In this document: positions 48,154 through 58,447 of the stretch, piece after piece | How the letters are laid out: each line of letters opens with the position of its first letter | Numbering within the stretch: the stretch's first letter is position 1 | IMG/VR virus record: IMGVR_UViG_3300033442_000004 | Location: 32,001-96,000 of that record | Direction: 5' to 3' (one strand) | Length of the DNA: 64,000 nucleotides | Source: a virus | The notes under the pieces: generated by a model | Told to the model about the DNA's origin: nothing | Database searches by the model: none | What the model saw: only the letters and a program-made list of their open reading frames with translations | Made by a program: the position numbers and the translations under genes

Positions 48154-48588
48154 GTGGTCATGGGATACGCGACGAAGGAAGACATCGACGAGCTTTACGG
48201 CACCGATCTCCTCGTCAAGATCGCTGACTACGACCGTGACGGCACGCCAGACCCTCTCGTTGTTGACAAGGGGCTTCTGGCTGCCGACGAGATTTGTGAC
48301 GCCTACCTGTCCGCCCAGTACACGATCCCGGTAGTTCCCACGCCCGGCGTGGTGAAGAACTGCGCGATCGACATCGCGGTCTACAAGATCGCGCTCGGGC
48401 GCGGCGGGCGTACGGACGAAATGCGGGTCCGCTACGAGGACGCGCTGGCGCTGCTTGAGAAGATCTCGACCGGCAAGGTCGGCCTCGGGCTGCCGCCGGA
48501 GACCGTCGACAATGGCGACGGCACCAGCACCACGACGAACCCGAACGTCAAGCGTTCCGGAGGGTCGTTCGACTGCGGTAGGGCGTAA
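48154..48588 (+). CDS. Head-tail connector, Mu gp36/DUF1320-like
   Basis: YAT.ED, ICDAYL..QY..P, DIAVY, RYEDAL..LEKI..GKV.LGL. Confidence 0.85.
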   Translation: MVMGYATKEDIDELYGTDLLVKIADYDRDGTPDPLVVDKGLLAADEICDAYLSAQYTIPVVPTPGVVKNCAIDIAVYKIALGRGGRTDEMRVRYEDALALLEKISTGKVGLGLPPETVDNGDGTSTTTNPNVKRSGGSFDCGRA

Positions 48589-49058
48589 TGCCTTCCTTCA
48601 GCGTCAGGATGAATGCTGAGTCTCTAGCTCAGCTGAACAAGCGGATCACCAAGCTCCTCCAGGACGCGGAGCACATGGAGCCGGTCTGGCAGCAAGCTGC
48701 CGAGTACATGGTCCGCTCGACGCAGAACCGCATCAACAAGACCCAGACCAGCCCGTCCGGAGAGAGGTGGGCGGGCCTCGCGGCGCTCACGATCAAGCTG
48801 AAGGGCACTGACTGGCCACTGTATGCGACCGGCAAGCTCGTCGGCGGCATCCACACTGGCGAGATCGACAACCACGGCTTCCAGGTCGTCTCCGACGCTC
48901 CCTATAGCTCGTACGTGCAGGACGGCGTGAAGAACAGCCGCGGCAAGTACAAGAAGAAGACGACGCCGCACTCACCAGCTCGCCCGTTCATGGGCTTCTC
49001 CGCTGAGAACGCGCGGCGCATCAGCAAGATGATCCGCGATCACCTGAAGGCAACCTAA
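48588..49058 (+). CDS. Virion morphogenesis protein (Mu gpG/P2 gpS-like)
   Basis: P.G.RW..L, L..TG.L, PARPFMGFS. Confidence 0.85.
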   Translation: MPSFSVRMNAESLAQLNKRITKLLQDAEHMEPVWQQAAEYMVRSTQNRINKTQTSPSGERWAGLAALTIKLKGTDWPLYATGKLVGGIHTGEIDNHGFQVVSDAPYSSYVQDGVKNSRGKYKKKTTPHSPARPFMGFSAENARRISKMIRDHLKAT

Positions 49059-49642
49059 TGAGCGCGATCGTCAACTTCCGAAATAACATCATCGAGGCCA
49101 TCAAGGCCGCGGCGCCTGAGATGCAGAACGTCGACTGGTACGATGGCCTCTTTGATGAGAAAGACATTGCAGACTGGACGCTGAAGACGCCTTGCGCTCG
49201 CGTCGCAGTCATGAATGTCCCGACCGAGCACCACTCGACGGGCGAACTGAACGCCTGCCTTCGCGTGGTTGTCGTCATCATCGACGAGAACCGCTACGTC
49301 CAGCTGGACGGGGACGCGAACGCCTGGGACTTGGTCGAGAAGATCGCCATCATGGCGAACCTGAATACCTTCGGCGACCCCAACGCGGCACCCGCCACGA
49401 AGGTCATTTTCAAACGCATCAGCCAGCCAGAGCTGCGACGAGAAGGCATCGCCGTCGGCATCGTTGAGTGGACCAGCGACTTGATGATCGGACGGAACCG
49501 ATCAGTCGAGCGCTCGTACTTCTTCCTCAACGGTGAACGGATCAACAAGGTGCCCCGCAGCCACGTCACGGCGCTCGGCCAGATCAACCTGGCAAGCGGC
49601 GCCCACGCCGAAGAAACGCTGGACATCACCCCAGAGGACTAA
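49058..49642 (+). CDS. Putative tail terminator/completion protein
   Basis: Position between neck and baseplate genes. Confidence 0.55.
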   Translation: MSAIVNFRNNIIEAIKAAAPEMQNVDWYDGLFDEKDIADWTLKTPCARVAVMNVPTEHHSTGELNACLRVVVVIIDENRYVQLDGDANAWDLVEKIAIMANLNTFGDPNAAPATKVIFKRISQPELRREGIAVGIVEWTSDLMIGRNRSVERSYFFLNGERINKVPRSHVTALGQINLASGAHAEETLDITPED

Positions 49643-49648
49643 CCCGCC

Positions 49649-51055
49649 ATGCGCGCTCTACACGCGATGGAGCGGCGCATGCAGGATCTTGAACGCAAGA
49701 TCCAAGGCAAGGAGCGGCTCGGTAAAATCGTCGACGTCAAGTTCGAGAAGCAGCGGTGGTACGTCAAGCTCAACGACGGGCAGGACGACACCCCAAGCGG
49801 CTCGGGCGGCAAGCGCGGCGACACCGTGAAGAGTGATTGGCAACCGTGGAAGAGCTTCTCACACGGCACCATCAAGTCGTCGGTCCCTCCGAAGAAGGGC
49901 CAGTACGCGCTGCTCCGCGGCGTCAACGGCATGATGGAGCTGGCGACGGCCGAGCCCTATCACTACGGCCCCGAGACCCCGTCGCCCCACGACAAGCCGG
50001 ACGAAGTCGTCCACCTGGTCGAGGACGAAGAGGATCAGAAGAACAGCCAGCAAGGTGGCTCATCCGGCGGTGCCGGCGGCGCGTCCACTGAGGGCAGCGG
50101 CCAGCAGGGCGGCAACGACAAGTACAGCACCTGGCAGCGGGTCGCGAAGAACCTGCACCACCTGATCATCCAGAAGAAGGGCGCCAACATGGACGCCATG
50201 GGTGATCTCGGCGGTCTCGCTGGAATGGCTGGCCTGAACGGGCTGGACATGTCGAACTTCACCAGCGCGATCGGCAACCTCGGCAACATGGGCGGCCTCG
50301 CCAACCTGAACCTCGCCAACATCGGCGACTTCAGCCAGATCAGCAGCCTGATCAACATCAGCAACATGTCGGGCTTCGCCAACCTCGGCCAGCTCGCGCA
50401 GCTGCAGGGCCTGACCAACCTTACCTCGGTCGGCAACATCGTCCAGACCGTCCAGACAGTGCTCAACGGCGGCAGCCTTCAGGCTCCGGGCGGAGCCGCT
50501 GGCGCTGACGGGCAGGGCGCCGGCCAGAAGCAGCAGGCCTCTCGCAAGATCCCGCAGGTCGAGGAGCAAGGTCACTCCGACACCACGCAGGTGCTGACGG
50601 ACCAGGAAAAGATCGTCAAGACGGTCGGCGACAAGAAGTCGTACTACCGCCAGGACGAGGACAAGGTCCATCTCCGCTACGGCGAAGATGGCTCCAAGGC
50701 CGACGTCGTCATGGACAAGGATCAGGTCAAGATCCAGTTCAAGGACAAGACAGCGGTCATCAAGTGGACCGAGAACGACCTGAACGTCTCGTTCGGCGAG
50801 GACAAGGCGAACATCAAGCTTGACGGCTCAGCCATCGTGCTCAGCCAGGGCAAGGACAAGACCAAGGTCACCATCCAGGAAAACTACGTCGAAGTGAAGG
50901 GCGCTTCCGAGTGCTCCTGCGGCGTGGATGGGCGCTGGGTCTACATCAACAACGGCCGAGTCAACCTCGGCGTCTCCGGCCCCAAGGAAGCGGCAACGAA
51001 CCGCGTCATGACCGACGCCGGCCCGTCGCAGGTCGTCTGGGCCAAGATCTCGTAA
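49649..51055 (+). CDS. Baseplate spike protein (gpV-like) with a low-complexity insertion
   Basis: R.GKIVDV, SDWQPW, PP.KGQ OB-fold pattern; beta-helix-like C-terminus. Confidence 0.75.
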   Translation: MRALHAMERRMQDLERKIQGKERLGKIVDVKFEKQRWYVKLNDGQDDTPSGSGGKRGDTVKSDWQPWKSFSHGTIKSSVPPKKGQYALLRGVNGMMELATAEPYHYGPETPSPHDKPDEVVHLVEDEEDQKNSQQGGSSGGAGGASTEGSGQQGGNDKYSTWQRVAKNLHHLIIQKKGANMDAMGDLGGLAGMAGLNGLDMSNFTSAIGNLGNMGGLANLNLANIGDFSQISSLINISNMSGFANLGQLAQLQGLTNLTSVGNIVQTVQTVLNGGSLQAPGGAAGADGQGAGQKQQASRKIPQVEEQGHSDTTQVLTDQEKIVKTVGDKKSYYRQDEDKVHLRYGEDGSKADVVMDKDQVKIQFKDKTAVIKWTENDLNVSFGEDKANIKLDGSAIVLSQGKDKTKVTIQENYVEVKGASECSCGVDGRWVYINNGRVNLGVSGPKEAATNRVMTDAGPSQVVWAKIS

Positions 51056-51070
51056 CAAGGAACAAGAACA

Positions 51071-51292
51071 ATGCCGCAATACACGGTCGACAAGGAAATC
51101 TGGCTCGGTGGGCTCAAGCAGCCCGTGGGCAAGGTCGTGACCCTCACGGAAGGCCAGGCCAAGTATCTGGGCCACGCCCTGACGAAGGTCGAAGACAAGC
51201 CGGCTCCCACCGCCAAGAAGGCAAAGGCCGCCGCGGCTCCGGCCGCTGGCGCTGTCGTGACGGAGGCTCCTGCGAATGGCGTTGGCAACTGA
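51071..51292 (+). CDS. Small hypothetical virion-associated protein
   Basis: G..V.LTE.QAKYL pattern. Confidence 0.6.
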   Translation: MPQYTVDKEIWLGGLKQPVGKVVTLTEGQAKYLGHALTKVEDKPAPTAKKAKAAAAPAAGAVVTEAPANGVGN

Positions 51293-51632
51293 GCATCTGA
51301 TCGATATCGACCGGAAGACGGGCGAATACGTTCAGGGCTGGCCACGCATTAAGCAGTCCATCGAGACCATCCTCTCCACGCGCATCGGCGTTCGGCTGAT
51401 GCGTCTGTGGTGGGGATCGAAATTCACCGACATGCAGGACAAGCCGGGCAACGAGGAAACCCTCATGACCGGCATGATGGCGGCGATCTCCGCCATCAAC
51501 ACCTACGAACCGGAGTTCAAGGTGTCCCGTGTGTCGATCGACGCATTCGACTCGTCCGGCGAGATCACCATCACCGTTGAGGGCGTCGACCTGATCGACG
51601 CGCAGCTCAAGAGAACAAAAACAACAATCTAA
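51276..51632 (+). CDS. Baseplate protein gpW/gp25-like
   Basis: IKQSIETILSTRIG.RLMR..WGS, AI..YEP. Confidence 0.88.
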   Translation: MALATEHLIDIDRKTGEYVQGWPRIKQSIETILSTRIGVRLMRLWWGSKFTDMQDKPGNEETLMTGMMAAISAINTYEPEFKVSRVSIDAFDSSGEITITVEGVDLIDAQLKRTKTTI

Positions 51633-51644
51633 GGCGAGGGCCTG

Positions 51645-52523
51645 ATGCCGAACTACGAGTCACCCGCGCTTTACATCGACTTCGCGCGGCTGCCGCCGCC
51701 CGACGTCGTTGAGACCATCGACTTCGAGGTGCTGCTCAAGCGGTACCAAGACGAGGTCGTCGCCAAAAACCCGGCGCTCGCCGCTGCCGTCAAGCTCGAA
51801 CAGTCGCCGACAAACGTCATTCTCGAACCGCAGGCCTATGGCGAGATGCTGGTGCGAGCCCGCATCAACTCGGCGGCTCGCGCCGTCATGCTGGCCTTTT
51901 CCAGGGGAGGCGACCTCGACAACCTGGCCGCCTTCTTCGGCGTCGAGCGTGCTGCCGGCGAGACCGACGACAGCCTGCGCCGCCGAGCCCAGCTCGCGCC
52001 CGAGGCGTTCACGACCGCTGGCTCCGAAGGCGCCTACATCTTCCAGGCACTCTCCGCCGACCCGACCAATGTCCGGGACGCCACCGCGGTCAAGATGGAC
52101 GACAGGGGCAGGGTGAAGATCACCGTCATGGCGCGCGGATCCAATCCGGTGCCGACCACGGCGACCATCTTGCTGGTCCGCGACCGCATCAATTCGAGGG
52201 GCATTCGGCCGCTCACCGACGTGGTCAGCGTCGTGCCCGTCAGGCCGATCACCACCCAGATCGTCGCGAACATCTGGCTCTATCCGGGCCCCGACGCATC
52301 GCTGGTCATGGCCGATATCGGCAAGGCGCTGCAGAAGGTCCGGGACAACGTTTCGCTGATCGGCCGGGACCTGACCAGGTCCGCGATCATTTCCGCCCTC
52401 AACCAGGAAGGCGTGCAGTCGGTCGATCTGATCTCGCCGGCCGAGAACGTCGTCGCCGGCACCGATCAGTGCGTCATCATCGAAAGCGCCGCGATCACGC
52501 CGCAGCAGCTCAGGGTGGAGTAA
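51645..52523 (+). CDS. Baseplate J-like protein
   Basis: LP.PDVVETIDFE, DLDNLAA, ETDDSLRRR, AGS.GAY, RPLTD.V. Confidence 0.92.
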   Translation: MPNYESPALYIDFARLPPPDVVETIDFEVLLKRYQDEVVAKNPALAAAVKLEQSPTNVILEPQAYGEMLVRARINSAARAVMLAFSRGGDLDNLAAFFGVERAAGETDDSLRRRAQLAPEAFTTAGSEGAYIFQALSADPTNVRDATAVKMDDRGRVKITVMARGSNPVPTTATILLVRDRINSRGIRPLTDVVSVVPVRPITTQIVANIWLYPGPDASLVMADIGKALQKVRDNVSLIGRDLTRSAIISALNQEGVQSVDLISPAENVVAGTDQCVIIESAAITPQQLRVE

Positions 52524-52524
52524 C

Positions 52525-53739
52525 ATGGCGAAGTATCCGACGCGCCTGATGGACCACATCCTGGCGCCGAATGCGACCGAGTACGAGCGGACGCTGGCTT
52601 CCCAGGTCGATCGCCTCCTTGATCTGGACATCCCGATCCGGCTGCTCTGGAACCCGTGGGAGTGTCCGGAGAACCTGCTGCCTTACCTGGCGTGGGCTCT
52701 CTCGGTAGACCTCTGGGACTCGAGCTGGCCGATCACCAAGCGCCGCAGCGTCGTCGCCAACGCCATCAAGCACCACCGTCTGAAGGGCACGCTGAAGGGC
52801 ATCGAGACCTATCTCGATCTCATCGACAGCAAGCTCCTGCAGGCGCAGACGCCTCCGGGCACGCTGTTCTCCGGTCCATCGCTGACCAAGGAGCAGCGCG
52901 AGTCCTGGCTGCAGAAGCTGCCGCAGGTCCGAACCTGGAAGGAATGGGAGAACGCCACCGCTGACTACCGCATGTTCATGGGTGGTTCGCGGGCGCATTG
53001 CTTCCTCAACGGCAAGTTTCCGTACCCCAACGGTGCCGCAGAGCGAACCGCTCGCCGCGCTCGGTGGGTCGTCAACGGAGCCGAGACCGACACCAAGGTG
53101 GAGAACTACGGAAGCTACTTCCGTCTCTTCATCAAAGCTCATCTGCCTTATTCGCTGTTCTGCAACACGATCGTTCGGAAGGGCAAATTTTCGATCCCTT
53201 CGACCGCCTACAAGCGGATCGTCTCGATCGAGCCGATCATGAAAGCGCCCTGGCGCAGCTCAATCAGTCCTCAGCTGGAGCCGGTACAAGCGCAACCCGA
53301 CCTGGTCACTCAGGCCGGTCACGAAAATGGAAACGCAGTCTTCTCGAACCGGGTGAACTTTCACAAGTTCTACGTCCCGTCTCGGGCCGGCTATCGTCTC
53401 TACATGCGCTATCCGGTCTACGACGCCTCGGTCGAATATCCGGCGAAGCGCCGCTCGATCCAGTTCATGGGCGTGGGACGCTATGGCGTCAAGCCGAAGA
53501 CGGCCGAGCTGAAGATCTTCATGCCGACGAAGTGGAGCAGGTTCAAGGCGCGCATCAACGAGCCTTTCGTGCCTCGCACTCGCTTTTGGACGCCGCATGA
53601 TGGCTCAAGAATGGCGCAGAACCGGCATGCGGTGATCGCCGCCAAGAGGCTGTCTGACCAGATCCTGCTCGACACCAACACCAAGCCGGGGTTCATCGCC
53701 GGCCTGCCGCGTTGGGCCGGCGACGAGATCGTCATCTGA
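52525..53739 (+). CDS. Tail protein I (P2 gpI-like), extended
   Basis: LWNPWECP..LLPYLAWALSVD.WD..W...KR, HRLKGT. Confidence 0.88.
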   Translation: MAKYPTRLMDHILAPNATEYERTLASQVDRLLDLDIPIRLLWNPWECPENLLPYLAWALSVDLWDSSWPITKRRSVVANAIKHHRLKGTLKGIETYLDLIDSKLLQAQTPPGTLFSGPSLTKEQRESWLQKLPQVRTWKEWENATADYRMFMGGSRAHCFLNGKFPYPNGAAERTARRARWVVNGAETDTKVENYGSYFRLFIKAHLPYSLFCNTIVRKGKFSIPSTAYKRIVSIEPIMKAPWRSSISPQLEPVQAQPDLVTQAGHENGNAVFSNRVNFHKFYVPSRAGYRLYMRYPVYDASVEYPAKRRSIQFMGVGRYGVKPKTAELKIFMPTKWSRFKARINEPFVPRTRFWTPHDGSRMAQNRHAVIAAKRLSDQILLDTNTKPGFIAGLPRWAGDEIVI

Positions 53740-53760
53740 TCAAATCAACCAATGCACATG

Positions 53761-53792
53761 AGCCCATTGTCCCCGAGGACAGTGGGCTTTTT
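53761..53792 (+). terminator. Rho-independent terminator
   Basis: AGCCCATTGTC/GACAGTGGGCT + TTTT. Confidence 0.6.
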
Positions 53793-53815
53793 CGTGCGTC
53801 AACAAGAGGCCCGCA

Positions 53816-56083
53816 ATGGACCGCAAAGTTAGATTCCGCGACTATCAGGAACAGGTCGCGACCGACCACAACAACCTGCAGGACTATGTGCAGCAGGCGA
53901 TGGACAACATCGTGTCGGACGCCGTCAGCGCAACCCGGAAGTATTCGGGCCTGATGGTCACCAAGACCGGCCAGGTCGAAGTCACGGTCGGCCAGGGTCG
54001 CGTTTACGACATGGGCGCCGTCTTCGGTCGCCGGGCGGTCCTGACGCAGTCGGTTGCCACCTACGTGGCCGCCGCAGCCCGCCGCATCGTCACCGTGTCG
54101 GCCTATGGCCAGGAAACGGAAACGGACATCGAGACCCGCGACTATCTGACCGACGTCGACACCGGCACGGTCGAGCCCCGCGCCGTGTCCATGACCGAGT
54201 CCCGCGACGCGCAGCTGGTCTTCACGGCCGGCGCTGAAGCTGCGGACCCTGTCCCTCCGGCGGTGCCAGCGACTCACGTCGTGATCGCCAACATCATGTT
54301 GGACACCACGCAGATCATCTCGATCGACATGCAGGATCAGAACCAGGTCGTCTCGACCGACGCTCTGGACATCCGGACCGACATGCTCGAAACCTTCCGG
54401 TCGATGATCGAGCCGCGAGTCACCTCGCTGGCGTCCGACTTGGCCGACCTCGCGAACCGCGTGAAGGGCCTGGCTGATCAGTCCGACCTCTCCCGGGTCT
54501 ACCTGGACCTGGCCCGCGTGAAGGAAAGCCTGCGTTATCCGGACGACGCTTCCGGCTTCGACGCCGACTTCTTCCTGATGCCGAACAAGTCGGACTACAA
54601 CAACACGCTGTTGCTCGGCTACGACGCAAAGGTCGAGGAGGGCATCCGCTTCAACGACGCCAACAAGAACCAGTTCGAGATCTCGCTGTTCTCGGCGAAC
54701 GACCCGAACGCCTCGCTGGCCGGCGGCTACCTGATGCCGAAGTACGTCAACGTGCTGAAGATCCAGACTGGTGCCTACACCTCGTCGCTCGGCATCGCGC
54801 AGTACGGCTACCAGGTGCATTCGATGCAGGTCGGCTACATGGCCCGCTCGCGCGTCCGCTACGGCGGCAGCTATACGGTCTGCACCAACGGCAACAACTT
54901 CAGCACCCCCGGTGAAGCGGTCGACACCACCAACCTGTACGACTTCAACACCACCGAGTTCACGACCGTCCAGAGCAACCCGGCGTCCTGGGATCATCCC
55001 TACGCCTGGACGCGAACGGACTACTACTGGCTCGACACCTGGCAAGAGCCGTTCATGTACGAGATCACGACTGATCTCGCGATCACTGGCGCTCAGGTGG
55101 CTCAGACCTTCCTGGTCTCGAACGACATCATCGCCACCCAGCTCGGCTTCTACATCACGGCCAAGGCCGCGAACGAAGACATCCACCTCGCGCTCTGCGA
55201 AGTGACGGCTGGTATGCCTGACCTCACCAAGGTCTGTCTCAAGACGACCTACCCGCACTCCAGCATCGGCACGGGTTGGAACGTCTGTCCGATCCAGCCG
55301 ACCTTCCTCGGGAAGGGCAAGCGCTACGCCCTCGTGTTCATCTCGAATGCGAACCACCAGGTCGGCATGACCTCGGGTCAGTCCTATTTGGATGGCACGT
55401 TCTTCTACTCGACGGACGGCATCTACTACATGGGCGACCTGACCAAGGACATGATGATCCAGGTCTACGGCGCCGCGTTCCCGTCCTCTCAGGTCGCGAT
55501 CGAGTTCGCTCCGATCAACCTCGACGGCGGATTCCGGGATATCGACATCCTGGCTGAAATGTGGGTTCCGGGTTCGTGCCAGCTGGTCTTCGAGATGCGG
55601 CCGAACGGCACCGGTCAGTGGCAGCCGCTGATCGCGGACAATGCCGGCATCCTCGCCGTCGCTCCGCCGCTGGCTCAGTTCCGGGCTCGCTTCATCGGCA
55701 CGCAGGACATGCAGCCGATCCTGCATCTGACCGGATCTCGCGTCACGGTCTCTCGGCCGAAGACGGTTTTCAAGCACGTCTCGACGAAGATGACGGTGCC
55801 GGCGATGTCGGCCAGCGCGAACAACCTGACGTTCGTGAACCTGCTCGAAATGTTCGACCCGACGCCGCACACCTACAACATGACGGTTCGGGTTGGTTCG
55901 ACGGACTACACGCCGAACGCGACCGTCACCGAGCTGAAGGATGCGACCGCGAAGCGCTACCAGAAGACTTACACGTTCAGTCTCCCGGCCGGCACGACGC
56001 AGTTCACCATCGTCCAGAACGGAACGACCAACTCTCCGCAGGTCACGTACCACGTCGCCGAGCGGACGTTCTACACCAAGTAA
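53816..56083 (+). CDS. Baseplate/tail structural protein
   Basis: 755-aa ORF in the tail operon, QVAQTF motif. Confidence 0.7.
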   Translation: MDRKVRFRDYQEQVATDHNNLQDYVQQAMDNIVSDAVSATRKYSGLMVTKTGQVEVTVGQGRVYDMGAVFGRRAVLTQSVATYVAAAARRIVTVSAYGQETETDIETRDYLTDVDTGTVEPRAVSMTESRDAQLVFTAGAEAADPVPPAVPATHVVIANIMLDTTQIISIDMQDQNQVVSTDALDIRTDMLETFRSMIEPRVTSLASDLADLANRVKGLADQSDLSRVYLDLARVKESLRYPDDASGFDADFFLMPNKSDYNNTLLLGYDAKVEEGIRFNDANKNQFEISLFSANDPNASLAGGYLMPKYVNVLKIQTGAYTSSLGIAQYGYQVHSMQVGYMARSRVRYGGSYTVCTNGNNFSTPGEAVDTTNLYDFNTTEFTTVQSNPASWDHPYAWTRTDYYWLDTWQEPFMYEITTDLAITGAQVAQTFLVSNDIIATQLGFYITAKAANEDIHLALCEVTAGMPDLTKVCLKTTYPHSSIGTGWNVCPIQPTFLGKGKRYALVFISNANHQVGMTSGQSYLDGTFFYSTDGIYYMGDLTKDMMIQVYGAAFPSSQVAIEFAPINLDGGFRDIDILAEMWVPGSCQLVFEMRPNGTGQWQPLIADNAGILAVAPPLAQFRARFIGTQDMQPILHLTGSRVTVSRPKTVFKHVSTKMTVPAMSASANNLTFVNLLEMFDPTPHTYNMTVRVGSTDYTPNATVTELKDATAKRYQKTYTFSLPAGTTQFTIVQNGTTNSPQVTYHVAERTFYTK

Positions 56084-56095
56084 GGAATCCACTTC

Positions 56096-56287
56096 ATGGC
56101 AGACAACGAAAACGGGGCCGCTCCGGCGGCTCCGAGCATCGATCCGGACAAGAGCTATCGTCTGACGCTCGGCCGGGCGGTCGAAATCGCTCCCAAGATC
56201 TGGGCGCGTCCCGGAAGCGACGTGGTCGTCAAGGGTTCGCTGATCGCCGACTACGGCGATGCGGTCACCAGCTACGAAGAGGTCTAA
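56096..56287 (+). CDS. Small tail-associated protein
   Basis: AAGGA RBS, operon position. Confidence 0.6.
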   Translation: MADNENGAAPAAPSIDPDKSYRLTLGRAVEIAPKIWARPGSDVVVKGSLIADYGDAVTSYEEV

Positions 56288-56290
56288 GAC

Positions 56291-57793
56291 GTGGCTCGCC
56301 GGTTTGATCAGATTTACCGGGTAAAGCCGAGGGACAACCTCGGCGACCCCGAATATTGGAACCGGCGTTTCGATGACATCGATCGCCGCGTTTCTTCGAA
56401 CGAAGACGAACTCGATGCCATCGACGGCCTGACCGCCTACATCGAGGGTCTGGCCCTCAATCGGCTGGACCTGGTTCTGGCGCCGGCACTCGACAAGATC
56501 GCGCTGGTGTCGGAGCAGGGGTTCTTGCTTGCTCACTCCAATTCCGAGGTGACGCTGGATGTGAACACCACCCAGGTGTTCGCGATCCCCGATCTGGCGG
56601 AGCGCGAGCTGTTCGCGCCGTCGCCGTTCGTCACCATCGTTCGCAAGGGCAGTCAGACCGACTATGCCTTCGCTGAGCTGGTCGAGTGGGACCGAGACGC
56701 CGGACAGCTGACGCTGCTTCCGAGGGCGATCTTCGGCAATCCCGGCCCGTTCATCGACTGGGAAATCTACGTCGGCACCGCCATCCAGCAGGCGGTCATC
56801 GACACCCTCGCTCAGTGCGAGGCGGCCCGAGACCTGGCGCTTCAGTATAAGGCGAACACGGCTGCCGACGCGGCTTCAACTGCTGCTGATCGGACGGCTG
56901 TCGGCCTGATGAAGGGCGACACGCTGGCGGCCCGAGACCTTGCTCAGTCGTATGCAGCCGCGGCCCAGACCTGGGATCCTTCGCTCTACTACTCGAAGGT
57001 GACGGTCGACGCGACCTTCGTTGCTTTCGGCGTTGCTCAGGGATTGAGCGCGGCCCAGCAGGATCAGGCCCGGAAGAACATCGGCATTCTCCAGCAGCAG
57101 GCGATCGCTTCGGGGGTCAACTGGAACACCATCATCGCCCCGGGCACCTACTACAGCACTGTGCCGAACAACACCAACGCCCCGGCATCGGGGTATTGGT
57201 ACCTCAGCGTTGAGTCCTACGGGTCCAGCCCGACTCACTATGCGGTTCAGCGAGCAATCCAGCTCGACACGAACACCGCCGTCATCATGTACATCCGCGT
57301 CTTTGCGTCCGACATCTGGACGCCGTGGCGCCGGGTCATGATGGGGGTCAACAACCTCTCCGACGTCGACAACGCCGCGCAAGCACGGGCGAACATCGGC
57401 GCGCAGGCGACCCTGGGCTACACGCCGGCCAACAAGGCTGGTGACGCCTTCACCGGCAACGTCTCGACGTCCGGCAGTTTCATCGCGACCGGCTATGTCT
57501 GGTCCTATGGTGGCGTCTGCTATCTCAACTCGGGCGGAACGGCATACATCCAAGCCCAGGGCGGCGGCAGCTATTACCTTGGCAGCGGTGGCGTCATCTG
57601 GCACACCGGAAACATCAACCCGGTCATCAGCATGAGAGCGGTGTACGCGGGAGATTACACCGGATCGTCCATCACCGAGCCGTTCGGCGGTTCTGCTGTC
57701 TGCACCTGTGCGATCATGGGTGCCTCGCGATACCGCTATCACCAGTATCAGCTTGCCAGTGGCGGTTGGTTCAACTTCACGGAAGTGACATAA
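56291..57793 (+). CDS. Tail fibre protein (pyocin-knob-like domain)
   Basis: QARKNIG, WN....PG.Y, NAP, W.PWR, NNLSDV, LGYTPANKAGD. Confidence 0.8.
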   Translation: MARRFDQIYRVKPRDNLGDPEYWNRRFDDIDRRVSSNEDELDAIDGLTAYIEGLALNRLDLVLAPALDKIALVSEQGFLLAHSNSEVTLDVNTTQVFAIPDLAERELFAPSPFVTIVRKGSQTDYAFAELVEWDRDAGQLTLLPRAIFGNPGPFIDWEIYVGTAIQQAVIDTLAQCEAARDLALQYKANTAADAASTAADRTAVGLMKGDTLAARDLAQSYAAAAQTWDPSLYYSKVTVDATFVAFGVAQGLSAAQQDQARKNIGILQQQAIASGVNWNTIIAPGTYYSTVPNNTNAPASGYWYLSVESYGSSPTHYAVQRAIQLDTNTAVIMYIRVFASDIWTPWRRVMMGVNNLSDVDNAAQARANIGAQATLGYTPANKAGDAFTGNVSTSGSFIATGYVWSYGGVCYLNSGGTAYIQAQGGGSYYLGSGGVIWHTGNINPVISMRAVYAGDYTGSSITEPFGGSAVCTCAIMGASRYRYHQYQLASGGWFNFTEVT

Positions 57794-57803
57794 GGCATCC
57801 GGC

Positions 57804-58379
57804 ATGGAGATCATCAATCACGGGACGTGGTCTGGCTATGTGCCAGACCCTTACCCGGCTAACCTTCCGCCCAACATATCGTTCGCCAAGAACGACGTGA
57901 GCGGGCGGGATTGGTACGACGCACTCTATAGTGAGACGCCGCTCTGCGCAGCCGACAGCGTCAAGGTCACCGCGACGAAAGAGGCTGATGGCTCTTGGCG
58001 CCTGCAGGCAGCGAGCGTCGATGCGACCCGCGTCTTTCCGCATAGTCAGCTACTGATCGAGATCATCGGCTACGCCGGCACAAATCCGCAGGCCGACTTC
58101 GGTCAGAAGAGGTACGACGCGGCGACCAACACGATCTCGGAGTTCCAGAAGCCCCCGCGCTCTGTGACTCCGCGTCAGATCAGGTTGGCGCTCAACCAGA
58201 TCGGCTTGCGTCAGCAGGTCGAGGACTGGGTCAAGAGCCAGGATCAGGACACCCAAGACAACTGGAGCTACGCGACTGAATTTGTCGAGGACAATCCGCT
58301 GCTCGTCGCCTGCGTCGCCGCCGTTGGAAAGACGGAAGCTGACAAGACGGCGCTCTTCGATTTGGCGCTGACGCTCTAA
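57804..58379 (+). CDS. Tail fibre assembly protein
   Basis: After the fibre gene; G.DWY and VTPRQIRLAL motifs. Confidence 0.7.
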   Translation: MEIINHGTWSGYVPDPYPANLPPNISFAKNDVSGRDWYDALYSETPLCAADSVKVTATKEADGSWRLQAASVDATRVFPHSQLLIEIIGYAGTNPQADFGQKRYDAATNTISEFQKPPRSVTPRQIRLALNQIGLRQQVEDWVKSQDQDTQDNWSYATEFVEDNPLLVACVAAVGKTEADKTALFDLALTL

Positions 58380-58406
58380 GCCGACCAACCATCACCAACA
58401 CTCTTC

Positions 58407-58438
58407 AGGCCGCTCCGAACAGGGCGGCCTTTTCTTTT
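58407..58438 (+). terminator. Rho-independent terminator
   Basis: AGGCCGCTC/GGGCGGCCT + T-rich tail. Confidence 0.6.
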
Positions 58439-58447
58439 GGAGAACCC

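Noticed and set aside
53732-56536. 934-aa antisense ORF (and similar ones at 2442, 17913, 42652, 58376)
   Set aside because: Shadow frames opposite real high-GC genes
56291-58379. Diversity-generating retroelement or invertible fibre cassette
   Set aside because: No reverse transcriptase, invertase or TR/VR pair seen; similarity to 37252-37632 is ordinary paralogy
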